This document shows, piece after piece, positions 39,824 through 49,392 of a stretch of 64,000 nt of DNA. The notes beneath the pieces are model-generated. The model was given only the letters and a program-made list of their open reading frames with translations, was not told where the DNA came from and searched no databases. Position 1 is the first letter of the stretch. Each line of letters starts with the position of its first letter. The DNA comes from Alphaproteobacteria bacterium (lineage in GTDB: Bacteria > Pseudomonadota > Alphaproteobacteria > UBA828), in NCBI GenBank assembly GCA_965214705.1, contig CBDCCI010000002.1, positions 448,001-512,000 of the forward strand, in the 5' to 3' direction. A program made the translations under genes and the position numbers.

Positions 39824-42242
39824 GAATCATGTGCTACTCGCCAAATCGCAGCGCGAAGAGGACGGCCAGATTGTCGAGCCGGTATCCTTACTGGATCACT
39901 CAAGGGCCGTCCTCGCAGCAGCCCATGCGATTCTCGACGAGATTGAAGACTTCCTTCCCCCGGAAATAGCCAAGCCCGATCTACGGAAACTGGTTCTCGC
40001 CGGAGCGGTCCTGCACGACATCGGCAAGGCCAACAACATGTTTCAGGGAATGCTTCGCCCGAAACGGGCGGAGTTCCCGGAGATCCGATGGCCCCAGAGG
40101 CAGCCGCTCCGCCATGAAGGGCTTAGCGCCCTGATTGTCGCAGGGTATATCGAGGAAGCCCGCGAGTTCTCCGACCATTTGGTCGATGAGTTCTTTGATG
40201 ATTGGAACGATCCGCACCAGGCCCTGTGGATGCTGGCTTGGCTGGTGGGTGGCCATCACCTCCAGATGCATCACGCTGAGGAAGCCGCGGTTGCCATGGT
40301 TCGCATCAGCGGCATTCCCGACGGAGCAATCCGGTTTCATGGCAATCTCTTGGGAGAAAGATGGCAACGAGAATTCGCCGACGTGTTGGGTGAGGCGCCT
40401 TGCGTTCCTGATTTTGTCGTTTCCACGGACATCGGCGACAGCGACGGACACCACGCCGCCCTCATGGATTATTTCGCCTGGGAGTCGGAAGAAAGAGCCG
40501 AATCTCTGTCAGCTGAGGAGTTGCGCTTGCTGGCGTTTGCGAAGGCGATTCTTATTGCCGCCGACGTCGCTGGCTCCGCGTTGTGGGACACGAAAGGCGG
40601 CAAGATGACCCGCTTGGAAAGCGGCGTAAGAATGTCGTTGCAGAACCATTGCCGGCGAGAAGATCTGACGGAAATTATGCGCACCCGTCTTGATGTGGGA
40701 GAAGACGGCGGCTACGAGCCCAAACTTTATCCCTTTCAGCGTCGAGTCCGCAACGCGCGTCAATCCCGTGTCGTTCTGGAGGCGGCTTGTGGCGGCGGCA
40801 AAACGCTCGCAGCCTATGGATGGGCGCTACAGCACGCGGAACAAGGACGCAAGTTGATCATCTGCTACCCGACCACGGGAACGGCGGCGGCGGGTTTCGA
40901 GGACTACCTGCTGATTCAGGGCGAGCTGGAACGCAAGCTGATGACGGGCCGCGCCGATGTTGACGTTCGCCGAATGCTGGCCAACGAGCCCGAGCCGGTC
41001 GACGGCAAAGAACGTAGTCTGCGTCACCCCAACCGCGACGAAGACCTGGAAAACCTATTGAAACAAGAGTCCCTGCAAGCCTGGGGCCAGCAAGCCATCG
41101 CCGCGACCGCTGATTTCGTCCTGGGATTGATGCAGAACCATCGCCGGGGACTCTTCAGCTTTCCGGCCATCATCAAGAGCGCAATCGTTTTCGACGAAGT
41201 CCACAGCTACGACACCAAGATGTTCGGCTCACTGGTTCGATTCTTGCGTGTATTCCCGAATGTCCCCGCGTTGCTGATGACAGCGTCGCTGCAACCGGCG
41301 CGGCGTGAAGCGTTGGATTCAGCTGGTATTGAATACGCACTTGTTCTCGGCGACGATGATAAGGAAAGAACTGGAAGGTATCGCCTGGAATGGTGCGAAA
41401 AGGATCCCCTTGTGTCGGTCGACGAAGTCCAAATCACGGCCCCGGACAAATGCTGGTCCGACGTTCAAAACGCGCTTGACAAAGGTGGTAAAGTGCTTTG
41501 GGTGTGTAACACTGTCGCGGACGCCGTACGCGTTTATGACGAGGCGGAGAAGCTGGACGGCCATGCGAAACGCATCCTGTTTCACAGCCGCTTCTGCTAT
41601 CGCCACCGCGTGGACCGTCAGAACGAGATACTGACAACCTTCAACGAAGACAAGATGCCGTGTCTGGCGGTCACGACTCAGGTGTGCGAGATGTCGCTGG
41701 ATATCAGTGCGGATATGCTGGTGACCGCCCTTTCGCCGTTTCCCGCTCTCGTGCAGCGGATGGGCCGGCTGAACCGCCGTTTGACAAACCCGGACGGCGC
41801 CCTTTGCTTGGTCTATGACTATGACGGCATGGATGGCCGGCCTTATCGTCGGGCGGATCTGAAGACGGCCCGCGATGCCGTCAGGATCCTCGCCGAAGCG
41901 CGCGGGCAGTTGTCCCAGCGCGATCTCAAGAACGAGCTGGACGGGATGCCCGAAGCGGTCGACGACATTAAGTTCCATTCCGCTTGGCTGGACGGCGGCT
42001 GGGAAAGCAGACAGGCGGCCCTGCGAGAGGGCGACGCGACCGTGCCGGTCTTGTTGGCGCAGCATGAGAGCGATATACGCGAGCGGATAAGGGAAGTCGG
42101 CAAGAACGCGGCCGTCAAAGCCGTCAAGGAGTGGTTGGTTCCGATTCTGCACGGAGCCAGGGAATTCCGCGTGGTCGGCCGAATAGGCGGCTATCCGGTC
42201 GTGTACGGCGTCGAATACGACGAAGAAAAAGGCGCGCGATGA
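39822..42242 (+). CDS. cas3: Cas3 HD nuclease-helicase
   Basis: LHDIGKAN, ACGGGKT, DEVH, MTAS, QRMGRLNR. Confidence 0.95.
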   Translation: MNHVLLAKSQREEDGQIVEPVSLLDHSRAVLAAAHAILDEIEDFLPPEIAKPDLRKLVLAGAVLHDIGKANNMFQGMLRPKRAEFPEIRWPQRQPLRHEGLSALIVAGYIEEAREFSDHLVDEFFDDWNDPHQALWMLAWLVGGHHLQMHHAEEAAVAMVRISGIPDGAIRFHGNLLGERWQREFADVLGEAPCVPDFVVSTDIGDSDGHHAALMDYFAWESEERAESLSAEELRLLAFAKAILIAADVAGSALWDTKGGKMTRLESGVRMSLQNHCRREDLTEIMRTRLDVGEDGGYEPKLYPFQRRVRNARQSRVVLEAACGGGKTLAAYGWALQHAEQGRKLIICYPTTGTAAAGFEDYLLIQGELERKLMTGRADVDVRRMLANEPEPVDGKERSLRHPNRDEDLENLLKQESLQAWGQQAIAATADFVLGLMQNHRRGLFSFPAIIKSAIVFDEVHSYDTKMFGSLVRFLRVFPNVPALLMTASLQPARREALDSAGIEYALVLGDDDKERTGRYRLEWCEKDPLVSVDEVQITAPDKCWSDVQNALDKGGKVLWVCNTVADAVRVYDEAEKLDGHAKRILFHSRFCYRHRVDRQNEILTTFNEDKMPCLAVTTQVCEMSLDISADMLVTALSPFPALVQRMGRLNRRLTNPDGALCLVYDYDGMDGRPYRRADLKTARDAVRILAEARGQLSQRDLKNELDGMPEAVDDIKFHSAWLDGGWESRQAALREGDATVPVLLAQHESDIRERIREVGKNAAVKAVKEWLVPILHGAREFRVVGRIGGYPVVYGVEYDEEKGAR

Positions 42243-44149
42243 CCGGCCAAGTCAAGAAGGCGAAAAGCACCGGAACGATCTTCCGCCTGAACGAGCCCGG
42301 TATGGGTGAGCATGAACGCGCGGGCCTGGCGGGTTTGTGCTTGAGCCTGACTGCGGCAGCGGCGTGGGAAAATCAGCGGAAGGCGTGGCCGTTGCCCGGG
42401 GCCGTGGCAAAGAAGCTCGACGCGTTGTATGAAACGATAAGCAATTCGGACGCACTGGGCTTTCCCTTCTCGGAAAACGGTAGCGGCGTCCGTTTGGAGT
42501 GGCCGGCGGGCGGTGAAAAGGCCGCGTTGGAGGCTGCCGTCAAATGGGCGTGGCAGGTCCATGACGGCGTGCTGTTCCTCCCCGGTGTCCATCGAAAGCG
42601 CGAGCATCTGGACTGCTACTATTTGCGGTTGCATATCCATGACGGCCTGTTGGGAACCTTTTTCCAGTTCCCCCGAACGATCAAGAAAGTGAAAGATCCT
42701 GAGCGGAGGGTCGTGCGCTTCGACGAGGAGAAGACCTTCTCGGTATCTTATCGCCGTATCACGTCCCACACTTTGCCCCAGCATAAGGCCGTCCCCAAGA
42801 TGGGGGTTTGCGGCGATGCTCTGGTCCCGACCATGTCTTCGTGGATTTACCCCGGGTCGGAGCCACGTTTCAACAACAACATCCCACCGAAACTCCAGCG
42901 GGAGACCGGATGGCGCGGTCCGGCGCGGTTCGCCTATCTGATGTTGTTTGCGCCCATCGCCTGTCATTACATTAGGTTGCCGCGCTCGAATGCTCAAAAT
43001 TGGTCATACATGGTTCCAAGCGTCGAGAACCTGCCGAAGTTTCAGCGCGGATTCCTGCGCCGGAATATTGTCAATGCCGGGAATTGGCCATTCCACGGCG
43101 AGGTCGCGGGGCTGGAGGACGCCGCGTTGCGCTATGCGACGCGGGACAAGACGCACGGGCAGTCCGTGACGGTCGTCATGGGAAAAGCCGACTTCTACCA
43201 TCCGCAGCAGAAGACGCGCAAAAATCTGTGGCGAGATATCGCCGTGGCCGATGACATGCGAAGGGCATTTCGACGCTATGGCATTTTCAACCGCGTATTT
43301 CCGGCGAGCAACACGGTCCGGCCGACCCGCGAGGTCAAGTGCGAGGAAAGCGACGAGAAGGGTAACCATTTCGTTGTCCTGCCGAATTGCCGTGAGCGGA
43401 TCACCGCGAACATATTGCGCAACGATCCATGGTATGCCGATCTGGCCTATATTCCTTTCTGGCAGCGCGACCGCATCGAGAACGAGTGCCAGAATGCTCG
43501 GAAACGCGGTCTGCGGGCGGTAGGACTGAACGTGCCGTGGCGAAGTGACGATCAAGAGAAGGAAACTATCTCTCCAGCGAGGCTATGGTTCCTGAAATTG
43601 TACCACTTTGAGAGGAAGCACCTGATGTCACTTGCGGACGAAAGCGAAGTCTGGGATGACCCGCTGGAGAAGCACTTGCTCGACGCCTTTCGCGAAGCGT
43701 TCCGGCGGCTCTTGAATCGTGAGTACGCAGCCGTCCGGAAAAGGAGCGGAAGCCGCGACCTGCACAAACGCTGGGACAATACGGCGGACAAGTGGCACCG
43801 CCGCCTCCTCCATGCCAAGACCCGGCTCTTGCTGTCCACAGCGGTACACGAGTTGCTCGTCGAGGCGTCGAGAAGCCCGTCGTATTTCGTGGAGAAGGAT
43901 GGCACGCGGGTGGAACGCCCTCCTGGGCCGGCCTTTCTGCTTTCGAGAAAGGGCGGCGGCGAGGAGTCCCGTCGTGACCGCAACGATAGATTCCACGCCG
44001 AATTCCGCCGAATGGTAAATCATCGGAGCGACTGGAAGAAGATTCGCGATCTGGCGCTTCTGGCGCTGACGACATTTACGGACTCGCGTCTCCGACAGCC
44101 CAGAAACGACCAATCCTCCAGAGACCACGAAGAGGAAATCGACCAGTGA
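42239..44149 (+). CDS. cas8: Cas8 large subunit (Cas8a1/Cmx8-like)
   Basis: ERAGLAGL N-terminus, LMLFAPIAC, WKKIRDLALLAL C-terminus; position between cas3 and cas7. Confidence 0.82.
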   Translation: MTGQVKKAKSTGTIFRLNEPGMGEHERAGLAGLCLSLTAAAAWENQRKAWPLPGAVAKKLDALYETISNSDALGFPFSENGSGVRLEWPAGGEKAALEAAVKWAWQVHDGVLFLPGVHRKREHLDCYYLRLHIHDGLLGTFFQFPRTIKKVKDPERRVVRFDEEKTFSVSYRRITSHTLPQHKAVPKMGVCGDALVPTMSSWIYPGSEPRFNNNIPPKLQRETGWRGPARFAYLMLFAPIACHYIRLPRSNAQNWSYMVPSVENLPKFQRGFLRRNIVNAGNWPFHGEVAGLEDAALRYATRDKTHGQSVTVVMGKADFYHPQQKTRKNLWRDIAVADDMRRAFRRYGIFNRVFPASNTVRPTREVKCEESDEKGNHFVVLPNCRERITANILRNDPWYADLAYIPFWQRDRIENECQNARKRGLRAVGLNVPWRSDDQEKETISPARLWFLKLYHFERKHLMSLADESEVWDDPLEKHLLDAFREAFRRLLNREYAAVRKRSGSRDLHKRWDNTADKWHRRLLHAKTRLLLSTAVHELLVEASRSPSYFVEKDGTRVERPPGPAFLLSRKGGGEESRRDRNDRFHAEFRRMVNHRSDWKKIRDLALLALTTFTDSRLRQPRNDQSSRDHEEEIDQ

Positions 44150-45090
44150 CCACGCACATCTTCGGTATGGCGCTCACGCACGAGGGTACCTTCTCCAACA
44201 ACCGGGGCGAAAACGAGGGCAACACCAACACGCTTCAGAAGGTCATACGCAACGGCGACATCTTCTCGACCGTTTCGGCGGAGGCGATTCGCTACGCCCT
44301 GCGCGACGGCTGGCAGCGTGATGGCGAAACCCTGAACCGGAGGACGCTCGACCATCGAGCAGTCGAATACAATGATCGGGACTTCAGTCCCGATCATTGG
44401 CCGTCCCGTCTGGATGACGATGTTCTCGGATTCATGCACGCACGGGAAGACACCGTGAGCCGCCGCGCGCCGCTGGAAGTGACCCGCGCCATTTCCGTCA
44501 CGCCATGGACCGGCGAGGTCATGCACAACTTTGCTGCTCCCGGCTCCAATCCGATAGAGAGACGCGATGACCCGAACCCAATCCCGTATTCGGTGGAAGT
44601 CCATCATACCCGCTATCAGTTCGGATTCGCCCTGACGCCGGATTCTCTGGGACGGGCAAGCAATGACGTCAACAGCGTACACAACGACGACGAGAAGATC
44701 AGGCGTGTTTCTGCAACACTGAACGGCCTCGCCGGCCTGCGGCGGGTCGGCGGCGCCCATGCCCGTTATTTCGCTGACTATTCGCCGGAAATCCTCATCC
44801 TTCGCGTTACCGCCGACCCCGCGCCGCGCATGCTATATTGCTTCGAGCAATCTGAGGGAAGCGGCTCCATCGGCGTCCGCACTCTTGAAAAGAAGCTCGG
44901 CAAAGATATCGCCCCCGAGGAACTGATCATCGGCGCGGCGATCGACATCTCCGAGTTGCGCGACTTGAAGTCGGACGATAGCGGACGCATCCTCGACGAC
45001 GGGGGCCCGTGGAAGGGAGCGACCTTGGCCGGCGGCGTGAAAGACGCAGTCGCAAGGTGCGTGGACCGCTTGAGCGGCCGGGTGTCGTGA
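44146..45090 (+). CDS. cas7: Cas7 (DevR-type)
   Basis: NNRGENEGN, VSAEAIRYALR, DDDVLGFM, EVHHTRYQ. Confidence 0.92.
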   Translation: MTTHIFGMALTHEGTFSNNRGENEGNTNTLQKVIRNGDIFSTVSAEAIRYALRDGWQRDGETLNRRTLDHRAVEYNDRDFSPDHWPSRLDDDVLGFMHAREDTVSRRAPLEVTRAISVTPWTGEVMHNFAAPGSNPIERRDDPNPIPYSVEVHHTRYQFGFALTPDSLGRASNDVNSVHNDDEKIRRVSATLNGLAGLRRVGGAHARYFADYSPEILILRVTADPAPRMLYCFEQSEGSGSIGVRTLEKKLGKDIAPEELIIGAAIDISELRDLKSDDSGRILDDGGPWKGATLAGGVKDAVARCVDRLSGRVS

Positions 45091-45773
45091 CAGGCACGGT
45101 CCCCGACTCGAGCGATATCCTCACCCTGCGAGTGGATGTTCCGATGGCGGGACTGCGTCCTATGTGGGCGCGGGAGTATCAGGAGACTTATCCCGCGCCG
45201 CCGCCCTCCACAGTCTACGGCATGTTGCTGTCTCTCGTCGGCCTCGAACGCGAGGACAAAGACAGACACTCCGGTTTGCGAATCGTGCTCGCGCTCGCGG
45301 AACACACGGCGGAGTCACTCTGGCGAAGGCAGGAGAAAGGACGGGTGTTCCGCAAATTCCGCCGCGTGGCTCAGAGCAAGAGGGACGCCGATCCCCTTGC
45401 CGACCGCCGTCCCGATTACCAGGAACTATTGCTCGGTCTGGAATTCTGGACATGGGTGGACGACTCACAGACGAAATGTCCGCTGTCCGATAAAATCCGC
45501 ATGGCGCTCGATCCGGAACGACGCAGCGAAGTTGTCCGACACGGCGCGCTATGCCTTGGCGAGTCCTCGCATATGGTCAACGAAATTTCGCTGGATCGTC
45601 CACACGGGAAAGGACGCTTTGTGGCCCCGTGCGAAAACGGATTTCTTTCAATGCCGGTCTGGAGCAACTACGGTGCAACCGGTCGGCCGACATTGGTCAA
45701 CTTTGAAATCCGAGAACCGGAAGAATTGCCGAATGATCCGCCCGACGACTGCTGGATCATCATCGCTCCCTGA
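45087..45773 (+). CDS. cas5: Cas5, MYXAN type
   Basis: AREYQETYPAPPPSTVYGMLLSLVG, LCLGES. Confidence 0.92.
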   Translation: MTGTVPDSSDILTLRVDVPMAGLRPMWAREYQETYPAPPPSTVYGMLLSLVGLEREDKDRHSGLRIVLALAEHTAESLWRRQEKGRVFRKFRRVAQSKRDADPLADRRPDYQELLLGLEFWTWVDDSQTKCPLSDKIRMALDPERRSEVVRHGALCLGESSHMVNEISLDRPHGKGRFVAPCENGFLSMPVWSNYGATGRPTLVNFEIREPEELPNDPPDDCWIIIAP

Positions 45774-47458
45774 TGACAGATGCCTCGACAGACGGTGCCC
45801 CGGCTACCCCGCCCCCCGAAGACGGAGACAACTCGCTCATCCGTGTCATGGCGTTGCACGCCTTGGCCTATTGCGAGCGGCTGTTCTATCTGGAAGAGGT
45901 CGAAGAACTTCGCGTTGCCGACCACCGCGTTCACGCCGGGCGCACACTGCACCAAGCGGAGGTGGATGGGAAGCGCGAGTGGCGGAGCTTGGAGCTTGCC
46001 AGCGACAACTGGGGCATTCGCGGCAAGGTGGATTTCGCCCGCTACCGCGATGGCCAACTTGTCGCCATAGAACACAAGAAGGGCCGCTCCAGGGGCGACG
46101 AAGCTTGGGAGACCGACAAGCTTCAAGTCACGGCCTATGCCGTTCTCCTGTCCGAACACTTCGAGAGACCGGTGGCGGAGGGGCGCGTGCGGTACCACGC
46201 CAGCAACAAGACGGTGCGCGTGGCCGTAGACGACGCGGCCCGCGAGCGTCTGCGGCGCGCCGTCGCTCGAGCGCGGAAGCTGTCGCTTTCGCTGGAGCGT
46301 CCGCCGGTGACGGACAATGAGAACCTGTGCGCCAAGTGCTCGCTCGCGCCGGTGTGTTTGCCCGAGGAGGCCCGCCTGGCCGCCGCGGTTGGCGAGGCCG
46401 ACGAACCGGCTTGTGCCGCGAAGCCACGCCGCCTGTTCCCGAAAGACGATGCGCGCCGCGTTCTGCATGTCGTGAATCCGGACGCGCAGGTGAGGCGTGC
46501 CGGCCTGCAATTCGTGGTGCGCGATTCCGATGGCGAGGAGAAGAAGTTTCCCGGCATGGATGTCGGCGCCGTGATCCTGCACGGCAACGCACAGATCACA
46601 TCGCAGGCAATCCGTTTCGCCGTCGCCAACGACATCGCCGTGCACTGGATCAGTGGCGGCGGCTGGTATGTAGGCGGCGTCGCGCCGCCCGCCGGTACGC
46701 ACCGGCGCCTGCGGCAATACCGGGCATTGCAGGACGAGGATTTTAGCCTGCGTCTCGCGCGTCGCTTGGCAGAAGCCAAGATGGAAAACCAAGTACGGTT
46801 CATCGTCCGTCAGTCGCGCGTGCGTGGCGTGCGCGCGAAAGCGGAGGCATTCTTGGCCGTCATGCGCGGCCAACTCCGGCAGGTTGAGCGATGCGCCGAC
46901 GCGGATGCCCTGCGCGGCCACGAGGGGATCGCGGCCCGTAACTACTTTTCGGCGCTCGCCCTACTTCTCGATGCCCGGGAGAAGACGATGGTGTTCTCCG
47001 GGCGAACCCGCCGACCGCCGCGCGACGGCTTCAACGCGGCCCTGTCCTTCGGCTACGGCCTGTTGTACCGCGAGGTCATGGCCGCGATCATCGCAGTGGG
47101 ACTGGACTCCGCGGTGGGATTCTTTCACGCGCCACGCACCGCGGCTCATCCGTTGGCGCTGGATCTGATGGAACTGTTTCGTACCACCCTGTGGGACATG
47201 CCGCTGGCGGCGTCGGTCAACCGGCGACAATGGACCGCTGAACATCTCGCAGTGAACAAGAAGAGGGTTTGGCTTTCCGACGCGGGCAAGCGCTTGGCGA
47301 TCAGCCTGTTCGAGCAACGCAAGCAGGAGACCTGGAAGCACCCAGTGCTCGATTATTCCCTGAGCTATGCGCGGACGATAGAACTGGAGGCGCGGCTTCT
47401 GGAAAAGGAATGGAGCGGCGAGGAAGGGCTGTTCGCCCGCATGCGCCTGCGCGGATGA
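45773..47458 (+). CDS. cas1: Cas4-Cas1 fusion
   Basis: YCERL, GKVD, EHKKG, CAKCSLAPVC (Cas4); GHEG, NAALSFGY, LDLMELFR (Cas1). Confidence 0.95.
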   Translation: MTDASTDGAPATPPPEDGDNSLIRVMALHALAYCERLFYLEEVEELRVADHRVHAGRTLHQAEVDGKREWRSLELASDNWGIRGKVDFARYRDGQLVAIEHKKGRSRGDEAWETDKLQVTAYAVLLSEHFERPVAEGRVRYHASNKTVRVAVDDAARERLRRAVARARKLSLSLERPPVTDNENLCAKCSLAPVCLPEEARLAAAVGEADEPACAAKPRRLFPKDDARRVLHVVNPDAQVRRAGLQFVVRDSDGEEKKFPGMDVGAVILHGNAQITSQAIRFAVANDIAVHWISGGGWYVGGVAPPAGTHRRLRQYRALQDEDFSLRLARRLAEAKMENQVRFIVRQSRVRGVRAKAEAFLAVMRGQLRQVERCADADALRGHEGIAARNYFSALALLLDAREKTMVFSGRTRRPPRDGFNAALSFGYGLLYREVMAAIIAVGLDSAVGFFHAPRTAAHPLALDLMELFRTTLWDMPLAASVNRRQWTAEHLAVNKKRVWLSDAGKRLAISLFEQRKQETWKHPVLDYSLSYARTIELEARLLEKEWSGEEGLFARMRLRG

Positions 47459-47739
47459 GTGGCCGGCACTGGTATATTTTCAGCTACGACATCCGGGACC
47501 CAAAACGGTGGCGCCTAGTGTATAAGATCGTCAACGGTTATGGGGAGCGGTTGCAGTACTCCCTGTTTCGATGCCACCTGACGCGGACGCAGATGGAACA
47601 AGCCCGGCACGAATTGGAAAAGGTGCTGGGGGAAGAAGACGACCTGCTCGTGATTCGGCTGTCGCCGCGCTCTCAGGTCATAGAGCGGACCAACGGAAAA
47701 CAGTGGGCCGATCCACCGCCGCGCTTCGATATCGTGTAG
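47455..47739 (+). CDS. cas2: Cas2
   Basis: YDIRDPKRW, GERLQYSLF. Confidence 0.95.
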   Translation: MSGRHWYIFSYDIRDPKRWRLVYKIVNGYGERLQYSLFRCHLTRTQMEQARHELEKVLGEEDDLLVIRLSPRSQVIERTNGKQWADPPPRFDIV

Positions 47740-47987
47740 CGCCGCGCGCGGCGGCAAGCGCCACCGGGTGGACTAGACCGCACGCGGCAAAGAAGTGGAA
47801 ATCCTGCACGATTTCAATACCTTTGATGGGCGGGTTCGCCATGTCGTGCTTGCCGGCGCCTGACAACTGAAGTTCCGTCATTTTCCTGCCGGACGACAAG
47901 CACCGGACCGGCACATGTGACGAACCGGTTGAGGTGCATGATTAGTCAGGCTATTATCCCCGCAAAACAGTGTGTTATACGAATAGA
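47740..47987 (+). promoter_or_regulatory. CRISPR leader
   Basis: Lower-GC non-coding stretch between cas2 and the first repeat. Confidence 0.7.
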
Positions 47988-49392
47988 GTGAAATTGTCAG
48001 TGATGCCGAGAGGCGTTGAGCACCCGATACCGATACCGTCCGCGTGCTCGCGGAGTGGGTGAAATTGTCAGTGATGCCGAGAGGCGTTGAGCACAGTGTG
48101 AGTGAGACGATCCACCCAGTCAATCGAGTGGGTGAAATTGTCAGTGATGCCGAGAGGCGTTGAGCACAAACAGGGTGTGCACGATATTTCCCTCGCCGAC
48201 TAGTGAAATTGTCAGTGATGCCGAGAGGCGTTGAGCACAGAAAGACCCCAAAGAGAGAGATCAAGCACTGCGGTGAAATTGTCAGTGATGCCGAGAGGCG
48301 TTGAGCACATGCAATTCGACAACCGCATGCGCATCCTCATGCACCGTGAAATTGTCAGTGATGCCGAGAGGCGTTGAGCACCACACAAACCAAAAGTTGC
48401 GTGTCATCCGAATTCGGTGAAATTGTCAGTGATGCCGAGAGGCGTTGAGCACCTCAGACGAGAGTGCACCCAGAACTACAAGATCAGAGTGAAATTGTCA
48501 GTGATGCCGAGAGGCGTTGAGCACACCGCCGAGGAATCGACCCTCCAGCCGCTCCGCGAGTGTGAAATTGTCAGTGATGCCGAGAGGCGTTGAGCACTGC
48601 GACGATAGCGGCACTGGGCAATCCTGCCCGTGCAGTGAAATTGTCAGTGATGCCGAGAGGCGTTGAGCACCTCGCGAATCTCGCCAAGGTATACGACCTG
48701 GACGAAGGTGAAATTGTCAGTGATGCCGAGAGGCGTTGAGCACGTGATGGTGCGCGGAGTTGAAGCCTGATTTCGTCGCGTGAAATTGTCAGTGATGCCG
48801 AGAGGCGTTGAGCACTACAACCGGGTCCTCCTGCCGAACGCGCGGTTCAAGCGAAATTGTCAGTGATGCCGAGAGGCGTTGAGCACCGCAATGCCCGGGC
48901 AGGAACGTAACCGCCACGCACGGGCGAAATTGTCAGTGATGCCGAGAGGCGTTGAGCACTAGATGTGGTTGGCGGTCGCCGACCGGTGGAGGGTGAGCGA
49001 AATTGTCAGTGATGCCGAGAGGCGTTGAGCACATTGTCGTCACGTCGCCTGGCGCGGCTCGCAACGGCGAAATTGTCAGTGATGCCGAGAGGCGTTGAGC
49101 ACATGAGCAGGTGGTCGAGCGCATCCGCCGCCATGTCTGCGAAATTGTCAGTGATGCCGAGAGGCGTTGAGCACCCGCTGCACGCTCCCGGTGGTGACGT
49201 CGGTGGGGTCGAACGGCGAAATTGTCAGTGATGCCGAGAGGCGTTGAGCACACCGAGACGCTCGAGATTAGCCACCGCGCCACCGGGCGAAATTGTCAGT
49301 GATGCCGAGAGGCGTTGAGCACATCGTGGCGATCAAGAGCCGCGAGGTTTGGGAAATGGGCGAAATTGTCAGTGATGCCGAGAGGCGTTGAG
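47988..49392 (+). CRISPR. CRISPR array, 20 repeats and 19 spacers
   Basis: 36-bp repeat GTGAAATTGTCAGTGATGCCGAGAGGCGTTGAGCAC; spacers 34-41 bp; last repeat lacks CAC. Confidence 0.99.

Noticed and set aside
47878-49283. ORFs with repeated CSTPLGITDNF peptides
   Set aside because: Translations of CRISPR repeats
32161-49392. CRISPR-guided integration (CAST-like homing)
   Set aside because: No TnsABC/TniQ recognised, Cas3 and the adaptation genes are intact, and by eye no spacer matches the att core or host IS
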